From the NCBI GenBank assembly GCA_964291405.2, contig OZ219926.1, forward strand, positions 2,272,001-2,336,000: a DNA stretch of 64,000 nt, given 5' to 3'. The position numbers and the translations under genes are program-made. How positions within the stretch are numbered: the first letter of the stretch is position 1; each line of letters opens with the position of its first letter. The notes beneath the pieces were generated by a model. The model saw only the letters and a list, made by a program, of their open reading frames with translations. It had not been told where the DNA came from and did not search any database. The stretch comes from Thermodesulfobacteriota bacterium. Lineage in GTDB: Bacteria; Desulfobacterota; Binatia; Bin18. Of this stretch, positions 55,919-64,000 are shown piece by piece.

Positions 55919-56896
55919 ATGCGTTATATCATCTACGGGGCGGGCGGCATCGGCGGGGCCATTGGGGCACGGCTGTTTCAGCATATCCATGAAGTTATTC
56001 TGATCTGCCGGGGTGAGCACTTACAGGCCATCCAATCCAAAGGCTTGATATTGAAGACCCCCAGGGAGACGCTCCAACTCACAATCCGTGCGGTCGGCCA
56101 TCCCGAAGAGATCGCGTTTAGCCCGGATGATGTGGTGTTGCTGACGATGAAGTCCCAGGACACGGAAATGGCGCTGCGCGACCTTGAGCGCGCAGGAGGC
56201 CGGGACCTTGCCGTCGTCTGCGGTCAGAACGGAGTGGACAATGAACGCCTGGCCATCCGTCGATTTGCACATGTCTACGGTATGGTTGTCTGGATGCCAG
56301 CCACCTATCTGGAGCCGGGGCTGGTGCTGAATCATGCCGAGCCCGTTGGTGGTATTCTGGATGCCGGGCGCTACCCCAACGGGGTTGATCCGCTCATCAC
56401 CCAGGTGACGCAAGATTTGACCAATTGTGGCTTTAGTGCCACGCCTGACCGCAATATTATGCGCTGGAAATACACCAAGCTGCTGAGTAATGTACGCAAC
56501 GCCTTTCAGGCGGCGTGCGGATTTGAGGCGCGCTCGCGGAAAATTATTCGAGCGCTCCGCGCCGAAGCCCTGGCCTGCTACCAGGCCGCGGGTATTGAGT
56601 TTGTGCCCGAGGATGAATTACAAGCGCGGGTACGATCCCAGATTAAGCTCGCCGATATTGAGGGCCACCCCCGGACCGGCGGTTCGTCGTGGCAGAGCCT
56701 GATACGTGGCTTGCCCACGATCGAGACTGACTTTTTGAACGGCGAGATTGTCATGCTAGGCAGACTCCACGGTATTCCCACTCCCTGTAACGCCCTGCTT
56801 CAACACGTTGTCAATGATATGGCACGAACCGGCCAGAAGCCGGGCAGCATGACCGTTGCAGACCTGGAACGCCAGCTTGATGAGATCGGCAGCTAG
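55919..56896 (+). CDS. Ketopantoate reductase (ApbA/PanE) family protein
   Basis: IYGAGGIG, MKSQD, QNGV, KYTKL, SSWQSL, ETDFLNGEIV. Confidence 0.88.
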   Translation: MRYIIYGAGGIGGAIGARLFQHIHEVILICRGEHLQAIQSKGLILKTPRETLQLTIRAVGHPEEIAFSPDDVVLLTMKSQDTEMALRDLERAGGRDLAVVCGQNGVDNERLAIRRFAHVYGMVVWMPATYLEPGLVLNHAEPVGGILDAGRYPNGVDPLITQVTQDLTNCGFSATPDRNIMRWKYTKLLSNVRNAFQAACGFEARSRKIIRALRAEALACYQAAGIEFVPEDELQARVRSQIKLADIEGHPRTGGSSWQSLIRGLPTIETDFLNGEIVMLGRLHGIPTPCNALLQHVVNDMARTGQKPGSMTVADLERQLDEIGS

Positions 56897-56949
56897 GCTC
56901 TCGCGTCGGAGACGTTCTGTCTTCCGCACAGATCGGGTATAGTAGCGCC

Positions 56950-58686
56950 ATGCCGTTTTTATTTGAGTCCAGCCTGCCCGCGTGGATGACGTTTACCGCC
57001 GGTGAGGTTCCCATCGTCCTGGTCGCTCCGCACGGCGGTCGCCGCCCGGCTGACGCCCCGATTATCGATAGTATCAAGGTCAACGATCTGTATACGGCCG
57101 AACTCACTCACGACTTAGCCACGCAAACCCGGAGCTATGCACTGATCAACCACACCCACGACCGCAACGAGTTGGACTTGAACCGTGTGAGCCAAGTCAA
57201 ACAGGAGGCACCGTGGTTTCTCACTGCCCTAGTCGAACTCCTGTCAGCGCTGACAGCGCAGCATGACTCGGTGCGCGTCTTTTTTATTCATGGTTGGAAC
57301 GTGGTCCAGCCCGTGTGCGATGTAGGGATTGGACTCCGCCAACGCGCGAACAAACTGATGCAGGCGGGCAAGGGGGAGCCGACGCTGGATGTGTCGTTCT
57401 TTTCTGATGTCGTACTCCCCTTTTGTGAAGCTGCCCAGGAACAGCAGATCGATGTGGCGATTGGACGGCGCTATGCCGCGGCAGCCAAAAATAATTTTAT
57501 GCAGGTCTTCAGCGCACGTTTTCTGCACGACGATTCTCCGCAGATACGAACGCTGGCCGAGCTGTCCGAACAGGGGAAAATTAACGCCGCTCAGTTGGAA
57601 CTTGGTGTGGGGCTGCGTTGGCCCGGACCAGAGCGAGATCGCTTTGTCCGCGTCTTTTGCCATACCTTGGGCAATTCTCTACAGAATGGCGCCGTGCCTG
57701 ATCGGAAGGGCGACCGCGACTTTTCTGCGTGTTCTTTTCTTAAGGCTTTGCCGACAGAGGATACAACGCCGTACGATTCTTTACTGCCTGAGACCTGGGA
57801 GCGCGAGCCTGCCCGCTTGGCCTTGCACTTTCACGATCCGATGAGCGGGTTAGGAGTGATGGGTGGCGTAGAATTTGATCCTGGGGCATCTGTCCATTCC
57901 GGACGCCTACTCCTCTCCCTTGGCGGGACGGAGATGGTGCTCTTTACCGGTGAAGACAGGCGCGGACCGGACCGCGGCCACGTGCAGATCGGGCAGTACG
58001 AGTGGCGGCGGCAGCCGAGGGGACTCTCTATCAGCTACCGGGGAACGCTCATGCGCTTTGCCCATCCCCAGGCATTCATTCGGCTCGAAGACGGGTTGGC
58101 CGCTTCCTGGATAGAACCGGCTGAAGTGGACCTGCAGTTATTGTTTCCTGCAGTGAATTCCAGCCGTCCGGCCCTTATTCAGCTGTGTCAACTCCAGGGA
58201 AGCGTGGCTTTTCCGGATCGCGAGTATACAGTCAACGCCTGGGGCTTTGTTGACGTGCTCAGACCTGACGAAACTGACCGCCTCCTGCCGCGTCGTTTGT
58301 TGTCATTGCCCTTTGGGTCTGACTTGGGGATTTTCCTGGCCCGCGCTGAAACTCCTGATGGACCGCATTCTTCCGGCATTGTCTATCAACACGGCAATCC
58401 ACAGCCGCTGAGCCCCGGAGACTGGAAGCTTGAATACGCCTTCGAGCATGGCCGCCCCACCCGTTTCTCGGTCTCCTTCTCGTCCTCTGCCCCGCTGTCG
58501 CTTGAGTGCCAGGGAGAAACCCTGACGGCTATTCCCATTGTGCGCCATACGCATGATGGGCCGGCCCTGGCGGTCACCTTTGGTCTGTCCCGGACCGTGT
58601 GGCAGGGACGGGAGGCGTATGGCATCTATGAATTCTCCGAATATCTGAAGGATGCGTCAGCGCGGGTCGAGTCACCCGGAGCGTGA
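56950..58686 (+). CDS. Hypothetical protein: N-formylglutamate-amidohydrolase-like N-terminus plus beta-rich C-terminal region
   Basis: VLVAPHGG, NDLYT, DLNR, IHG, QLELG (Zn-exopeptidase-like). The C-terminal half is aromatic and beta-rich, ending GIYEF. Confidence 0.6.
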   Translation: MPFLFESSLPAWMTFTAGEVPIVLVAPHGGRRPADAPIIDSIKVNDLYTAELTHDLATQTRSYALINHTHDRNELDLNRVSQVKQEAPWFLTALVELLSALTAQHDSVRVFFIHGWNVVQPVCDVGIGLRQRANKLMQAGKGEPTLDVSFFSDVVLPFCEAAQEQQIDVAIGRRYAAAAKNNFMQVFSARFLHDDSPQIRTLAELSEQGKINAAQLELGVGLRWPGPERDRFVRVFCHTLGNSLQNGAVPDRKGDRDFSACSFLKALPTEDTTPYDSLLPETWEREPARLALHFHDPMSGLGVMGGVEFDPGASVHSGRLLLSLGGTEMVLFTGEDRRGPDRGHVQIGQYEWRRQPRGLSISYRGTLMRFAHPQAFIRLEDGLAASWIEPAEVDLQLLFPAVNSSRPALIQLCQLQGSVAFPDREYTVNAWGFVDVLRPDETDRLLPRRLLSLPFGSDLGIFLARAETPDGPHSSGIVYQHGNPQPLSPGDWKLEYAFEHGRPTRFSVSFSSSAPLSLECQGETLTAIPIVRHTHDGPALAVTFGLSRTVWQGREAYGIYEFSEYLKDASARVESPGA

Positions 58687-58771
58687 CTCCCACGTGTTAA
58701 CGCATTGACCGAGCCGGGTGCGGAACATCAAGAGGAGAGCGGGAAGGACATCCCGCCCATCGCTCTACCGT

Positions 58772-59701
58772 TTACACAATAGCTTGGAGAACCCGGTCCG
58801 AAGACTCTGGAGCCTGCTGGGCTGGCTTGTCTTTGAGAAAATCAATAAACTTTTGTGTCGCCTGGGTAAAACGACGACCCCGCTTGGAAATAAGGCCGAG
58901 TGGACGCATCAGGACTTCGCCGGAAAACTGGACAACCTTGAGGGTCTCATTCTTGACCTCAAGAGAAACGGTAGGCTCGGGGACAATGGCGATCCCCACG
59001 TCTATTTCGACCGCGCGTTTGATCGTTTCGACATTATCCATTTCCATCATGTATTGGACTTTGATCCCGTGCCGCCGGAAAAGACGATCAAGCGCCCGAC
59101 GCGTTGGAATATCACGTTCAAAACCGATAAATTGCTCGCCGTCGAGCTTCTTGATATTGATACGCCGGAGTGAGGCAAAGCGATGTTGCGGGGCGCAAAT
59201 CAAGACCAGCCGGTCCTCCCGGAACGGGGTGAGTCGAATCTGGGGCCGCTTACTCGGATAGGCGACAATACCTAGATCAATATCGCCGCGACTGACATCT
59301 TCATAGATTTTGTTGACGCGGGTATATTCCAGGTGGATATTGACATCGGGAAATGTCTGCAGATAGCGCTTGAGTGGCGAAGAGAGCTCATAGAGTCCGA
59401 CACTATAGACCGTAGCTACCCGCACAGTGCCCGCAACCGAACGTGAGAGGGTCAGGATGCCGTCTTCGATTTCACGATACTTCTGCACAATCTCCTTGCC
59501 CGCCTCATACAAGACCTTACCCGCCTGTGTCAGGCGCACATTTCCTTTCGAGCGTTCCACAAGTTCTCTGCCGTAGCGTTCTTCTAAGCCGCGAATCTGC
59601 TGACTGACCGCAGATTGGGTGATAAAATTTTTTGAGGAGGCGAGCGAGAAGCTACCCGTCTCAGCAAGATCACAAAAAACCTTGAGTGTTTCAATATGCA
59701 T
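58772..59701 (-). CDS. LysR family transcriptional regulator
   Basis: TGSFS...TQSAVSQQIRGLE...LTQAG HTH and a substrate-binding domain. Confidence 0.93.
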   Translation of the reverse strand: MHIETLKVFCDLAETGSFSLASSKNFITQSAVSQQIRGLEERYGRELVERSKGNVRLTQAGKVLYEAGKEIVQKYREIEDGILTLSRSVAGTVRVATVYSVGLYELSSPLKRYLQTFPDVNIHLEYTRVNKIYEDVSRGDIDLGIVAYPSKRPQIRLTPFREDRLVLICAPQHRFASLRRINIKKLDGEQFIGFERDIPTRRALDRLFRRHGIKVQYMMEMDNVETIKRAVEIDVGIAIVPEPTVSLEVKNETLKVVQFSGEVLMRPLGLISKRGRRFTQATQKFIDFLKDKPAQQAPESSDRVLQAIV

Positions 59702-59818
59702 GATTACTAATAATTGAAAGAAGATTTTTTCACTTTACTTATAGATGAATTTTCGCTATTTTTCCACCCTCACAGACAATCATCATCACCGATTAATCTT
59801 TTGCGGAGGAGAGGCTCT

Positions 59819-60190
59819 ATGTTTGAACCAGACACCCTCTTACCCGAGCAGTATTTTACCTTGCTCGGGCGTAAACCCCTACAGGGTGAGAAACGACTTC
59901 TGCTCGCTATGCTAGAGGATGCCGTTCATTGTTTCCAGACCTATTTGCTGGCAAAAAAGCCCCACGAGCGGCGACTCTTTCAGGAGGCCGAAGAGTGGAT
60001 TATTTCCACTGATGGCCTCTGGTTCTTCTCTTTTGAAAATATCTGCGACGTGCTGGGTATCAATCCGGGCAGGATGCGTGAAGCGCTCAAGGCGTGGAAA
60101 GAGGAGCAAACGCTCCGCTACGCACAGCACGGCGAAGCCCTGGTTGATGTCGCTCTCAGCGTGGAGATTCCTGCCCGCGCCGACATCTAA
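59819..60190 (+). CDS. Conserved-looking hypothetical helical protein
   Basis: GGAGG RBS. FEPDTLLPEQYF...GEKRLLLAMLEDAV...FSFENICDVLG. Confidence 0.75.
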   Translation: MFEPDTLLPEQYFTLLGRKPLQGEKRLLLAMLEDAVHCFQTYLLAKKPHERRLFQEAEEWIISTDGLWFFSFENICDVLGINPGRMREALKAWKEEQTLRYAQHGEALVDVALSVEIPARADI

Positions 60191-60218
60191 TCTCCTACAG
60201 TCTGACATAGCAGCGGAT

Positions 60219-60247
60219 GGGGAAGGCCTCACGTTCAGGCTTTCCCC
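60219..60247. terminator. Stem-loop between convergent genes
   Basis: GGGGAAGGCCT-CACGTTC-AGGCTTTCCCC. Confidence 0.45.
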
Positions 60248-60270
60248 GCTCCCGTCACCGCCTCAATTGC

Positions 60271-61020
60271 CTATAATGGGATAGGAATAGTCCCCCCTCC
60301 GGCGAGGAGGACGAAGAGGCAGAACGCGGCAGTCTCGACGAGTTCTGCTATTGCACCCCAGTGCTCTCCGGCAACGCCTCCCAGGCGGTGATTGCAAAAC
60401 AGCGTAAAGCCGATAATAAGTCCACCCAGGGGCAGAACGAGCGCAATTCCAGCAATTTCAATCAGCGTAAACAAGACGCCCAGAGCGATGAGGCTGGAGA
60501 GGGCAAACTCATTGAACTGGACCCCGTGTACAAAGGTCGTACCCGGCCCCTCAGTTCGAGCCGGACGGGAGCTATAGGCCATCACCACGCACGCCCACCG
60601 ACCCAGCATAGGTCCGAGAAAGAGCGCGATATCTCGATAGCCGCCGAGGAGCATATTCAAGGCACATACTTTGCACGCGAGGAGAAAAAAAAGGACCAAG
60701 ACGCCAAGCGGTCCACGCGCAGACATTCTCCTCGCTAGGCCCGAGCCGCCAAACAGAGCGTCAGTACTCTTCACGACCCCATCAAGATGAACCCCTCGAC
60801 TCACAACCGCCAGCAATCCAACGAGCAGGATGCTGAGCAGTGTTGTTGGGAGCACAGGCCGGAGCAACCAGTCTACCCCCCAGACCAGTGCACCGAGGAG
60901 AAGCCCGATCAACGGGAAAAAGACTGCGGACCGCCCACAGACCGTGGCATCAAAAGGCCGCGCTCTTTTCGTCCGGATGATGGTGAGAAAGTGTAGAGCC
61001 GTCAGGAAGTTGGTCAGCAT
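60271..61020 (-). CDS. cobS: CobS (cobalamin synthase)-like membrane protein, divergent
   Basis: FLTI, FFPLIGLLLG, GVHLDG, RLGG.G...GA..EL. Several conserved Asp residues appear altered. Confidence 0.75.
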   Translation of the reverse strand: MLTNFLTALHFLTIIRTKRARPFDATVCGRSAVFFPLIGLLLGALVWGVDWLLRPVLPTTLLSILLVGLLAVVSRGVHLDGVVKSTDALFGGSGLARRMSARGPLGVLVLFFLLACKVCALNMLLGGYRDIALFLGPMLGRWACVVMAYSSRPARTEGPGTTFVHGVQFNEFALSSLIALGVLFTLIEIAGIALVLPLGGLIIGFTLFCNHRLGGVAGEHWGAIAELVETAAFCLFVLLAGGGTIPIPL

Positions 61021-61109
61021 CCCGGCTCGTATACCACTTCCCCGCCTGCGCGCAAACGGCCGGAGTCAGTGCAAATCGGCGGAGCAGACGCGGCTCCCCT
61101 TAGTCTACC

Positions 61110-62561
61110 TTATCCCAACGACAAAAACGAGGCTCCGGCCAAAGACATGGACGCGGACGGGAAGACGCCCATCAGTACCGTGCCGATTGCGGCTATCAGG
61201 ATGGCCGCTCCTAACGCGGAACGGAGTGAGGGCAATTCGACAATAGCCTCACCCTCACGCATATACATATTGACAACGACGCGAATGTAGTAATAGGCCG
61301 ATACCACGCTATTCAGCACGCCAATGACCGCTAACCAGATATATCCGGCCTGCACTGCCGCGCTGAAAATATAAAACTTCCCGGTGAATCCAACCAGCGG
61401 AGGAACACCCGTCAGAGAGAGCATGAACACGGTCATGGCCATACCCAGGGCTGGATGACGAAAACCAAGACCGGCATAATCGTCAAGCTCTTCGTGCGGC
61501 TCACCTCTACGTCCAACAGCGATCACCACCCCAAAGGCGCCCAGATTCATCAGCCCATAGGCCACCAGATAATACATCAGAGCCGCGCCGCCCAGCTCCT
61601 TACCGGCAACCATGGCGACGAGGAGATAGCCAGCATGGGCAATACTTGAATAGGCAAGCATGCGTTTGATGTTGTGCTGGACAAGCGCGGTGATGTTACC
61701 CACCGTCATGGTGAGTGCGGCTACGACCCACAGAATACCCTGCCAATCCGCATGGACCACGCCGAAGGTATGCAGGAATATCCGGGCAAAGGCGGCAAAA
61801 GCGGCAGCTTTGACACCGACCGCCATAAAAGCGGTAACGGTTGTGGGTGAGCCCTGATACACATCCGGGGTCCAGACGTGGAATGGGACGGCGGCCACCT
61901 TAAATCCAAAGCCGACGATTAAGAGACCCATGCCAATCAACAGCAAGGGCGAAGAGCCCTGGGCACCGACGTGTTCGGCAATGGGTCCAAGCTGCACACT
62001 GCCTGTCGCTCCGTAAATCAGGGCAATACCATACAGCAGGAACCCACTCGCAAACGCCCCCAGGAGAAAGTATTTGAGCGCGGCTTCATGGGAGGTGAGA
62101 TGTTGCCGCCAGATCCCGGCCAGGACGTACACGGCAATCGACATGGTTTCCAGACCCAGAAAGATCAAAATGAGGTCAGTAGCAGCAGCCATGACCGTCA
62201 TGCCGACCGTGGCAAAGAGAATGAGGGCGTAATACTCTCCGTGCCGAATCTCTGCGGTTTCGAGATAGGTCAAAGACATCAACACCGTCAGGCCTGCGAC
62301 CAAACAAAAGACGAGATGAAAGAACACGGCATACGCATCGAGGGCAAACATCCCGCTGAACGACGTCACATCGTTCTGGCCCCACAACAACCAGGAACAC
62401 AGCGCCGTGACAACAATACCCGTCAGGCTCAGCCAGCCGAGCAAAGAGCGCTCATCGTCTTTCATCCAGATGTCCCAGAACAGGGCCAGGATGCCAGTCA
62501 CGGACAGGAGCAGGGTCGGCAGGACCGAGAGCCAATTAACGGCGGGGAGTGTCATGTCCAT
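61110..62561 (-). CDS. nuoN: NADH-quinone oxidoreductase subunit N
   Basis: EAALKYFLLG, FKVAAVPFHVWTPDVYQG, KRMLAYSSIAHAG, GFTGKF. Confidence 0.95.
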   Translation of the reverse strand: MDMTLPAVNWLSVLPTLLLSVTGILALFWDIWMKDDERSLLGWLSLTGIVVTALCSWLLWGQNDVTSFSGMFALDAYAVFFHLVFCLVAGLTVLMSLTYLETAEIRHGEYYALILFATVGMTVMAAATDLILIFLGLETMSIAVYVLAGIWRQHLTSHEAALKYFLLGAFASGFLLYGIALIYGATGSVQLGPIAEHVGAQGSSPLLLIGMGLLIVGFGFKVAAVPFHVWTPDVYQGSPTTVTAFMAVGVKAAAFAAFARIFLHTFGVVHADWQGILWVVAALTMTVGNITALVQHNIKRMLAYSSIAHAGYLLVAMVAGKELGGAALMYYLVAYGLMNLGAFGVVIAVGRRGEPHEELDDYAGLGFRHPALGMAMTVFMLSLTGVPPLVGFTGKFYIFSAAVQAGYIWLAVIGVLNSVVSAYYYIRVVVNMYMREGEAIVELPSLRSALGAAILIAAIGTVLMGVFPSASMSLAGASFLSLG

Positions 62562-62563
62562 AC

Positions 62564-64000
62564 TCAACTCGCCCCTTTTAGGTCTATTGAGTCTTTGGGG
62601 TCCGTTGGGTCAAGACTCAACCGACCCAGTGACTCTACCGACCCAATGGACTCTACCGACTTACTATCGGCGGTTTTGTGAATCCGTGCCAAGGTAGCTT
62701 CCACCGACTTCTCCATACGGCTGAGGAAGGGCTTGGGATAGAGACCCATCAGCAACATCAGGGCGATCAACGGAACAAATATAGCCAACTCGCGGCGTGA
62801 CAGGTCGGTCATCTTGGCGTTCTCCGGCTGCGTCAGCGGTCCGAAAACAACCCGCTGGTACAGGCGCAACATATAGACGGCACCCAGAACCACACCAGAA
62901 ACCGCGACCGCCCCGGCCAGCGTGTTCGCCTGAAAGGTCCCCAAGAGGATGAGGAACTCCCCGACAAATCCGTTCAGACCCGGCAGGCCGATCGAAGACA
63001 ACATGGTAATCAGAAAGACCGAGGCAAAGAGTGGTAGCTGTTTCCATAAGCCGCCATACTCGCTGATAAGCCGCGTATGGCGGCGTTCATATATTACGCC
63101 GACCAGCAGGAAGAGAGCCCCGGTTGAGAGGCCATGGCCCAGCATCTGATACAGCGCGCCTTCGGCCCCCTGTATATTGAACGCGAACAACCCCAGCATG
63201 ACAAAGCCGAGGTGGCTGACGGACGAGTAGGCAACCAGCTTTTTCATATCCGGCTGCACCAGGGCCACCAGCGCTCCATACACGATGCCAACCACTGAGA
63301 GTGCCATGATCAGCGGCACCGCAGCGTGGGCGGCATCGGGGAAGAGCGGCAGGGCAAAGCGCAGGAAGCCATAGGTGCCCATTTTGAGGAGTACGCCGGC
63401 CAGGATGACGGACCCCCCGGTCGGGGCTTCGACGTGCGCGTCCGGCAGCCAGGTATGAAAGGGAAAAAGGGGAACCTTAATGGCAAAGGACAAAGCAAAC
63501 GCGGCGAACAACCACATTTGGGCGTTGACCGGAATCTCAAGAGTATACAGGCGCAGAAGGTCAAAAGTGAGCGTGCCGTGCTGGGCATTATGGAGATAGG
63601 CGAGATACAGAATGGCCACCAGCATCAGGAGGCTGCCGACCATGGTGTAGAGCAGGAATTTAAGTGCGGCATAAATGCGCCGTTCGCCACCCCAGACGCC
63701 AATCAGGAAGTACATGGGAATAAGCATGACTTCCCAGAAGACGTAGAAGAGAAAGACATCAACCGCGACAAAGGTCCCGATCATGCCGGTTTCCAGGATG
63801 AGAAAGAAAAAGAGATACTCCCTGACCCGATGTTCCACACTGCTCCAGGTGGACAGAATCACCAGCGGAGAAAGAAAGGTCGTCAGCAGAACAAGAAACA
63901 GGCTGATGCCATCAACGCCAACATAGTATTCGATCCCGAACTCGCTAATCCAGGCATAGCGCTCAACGAATTGGAACTCGGCGGTCTCGCTATCAAAGCC
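62564..64000 (-). CDS. nuoM: NADH-quinone oxidoreductase subunit M (5'-truncated by window edge)
   Basis: [42 protein letters not shown]. The frame stays open to 64000. Confidence 0.95.
   Translation of the reverse strand, partial: GFDSETAEFQFVERYAWISEFGIEYYVGVDGISLFLVLLTTFLSPLVILSTWSSVEHRVREYLFFFLILETGMIGTFVAVDVFLFYVFWEVMLIPMYFLIGVWGGERRIYAALKFLLYTMVGSLLMLVAILYLAYLHNAQHGTLTFDLLRLYTLEIPVNAQMWLFAAFALSFAIKVPLFPFHTWLPDAHVEAPTGGSVILAGVLLKMGTYGFLRFALPLFPDAAHAAVPLIMALSVVGIVYGALVALVQPDMKKLVAYSSVSHLGFVMLGLFAFNIQGAEGALYQMLGHGLSTGALFLLVGVIYERRHTRLISEYGGLWKQLPLFASVFLITMLSSIGLPGLNGFVGEFLILLGTFQANTLAGAVAVSGVVLGAVYMLRLYQRVVFGPLTQPENAKMTDLSRRELAIFVPLIALMLLMGLYPKPFLSRMEKSVEATLARIHKTADSKSVESIGSVESLGRLSLDPTDPKDSIDLKGAS
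62580..62662. repeat. Inverted array of ~9-nt units inside the nuoM 3' end
   Basis: GGTCTATTG AGTCTTTGG GGTCCGTTG GGTC facing GACTCAACC GACCCAGT GACTCTACC GACCCAATG GACTCTACC GAC. Confidence 0.75.

Overview
A GC-rich (roughly 55-60% by eye), gene-dense bacterial chromosomal segment. The many family III CoA-transferases, GldAFG-type ABC and TolQR-type motors suggest a deltaproteobacterial-type organism, possibly Binatota; this is inference only. Housekeeping genes include ileS (type 2), rfbBAC, uppP, purC, tatA/B-tatC, a CobS-like gene, nuoN and a partial nuoM. These are mixed with catabolic genes: five CaiB/BaiF CoA-transferases, two APH/ACAD10-like phosphotransferases (one frameshifted), an amidohydrolase, an HDAC and a BisC-like Mo enzyme. 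I found no rRNA, tRNA, CRISPR array, integrase or transposase. Five signals stand out. (1) A family of 54-55 bp palindromic elements (about 17-bp arms AAAGAG[T/G]AAAC[G/C]TGTCC around a 20-21 nt spacer) occurs five times, and three copies sit in-frame inside coding regions, all in the same codon phase. (2) A CRISPR-less Cas4-like nuclease is split into two coupled genes, each with its own transmembrane helix, beside a toxin-antitoxin pair. (3) An exbB-exbD operon has a TonB-like partner (TM SxxxH motif) carrying a vWA domain instead of a TonB C-domain, followed by a large exported TPR protein. (4) A tandem ClpX-zinc-finger/HTH locus has two palindromic operators over a near-consensus sigma70 promoter. 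(5) A repeat-rich Ser/Thr kinase-TM-FGE gene has its TM segment bracketed by exact 33-bp direct repeats. All family assignments are from motif recognition by eye, not database searches.
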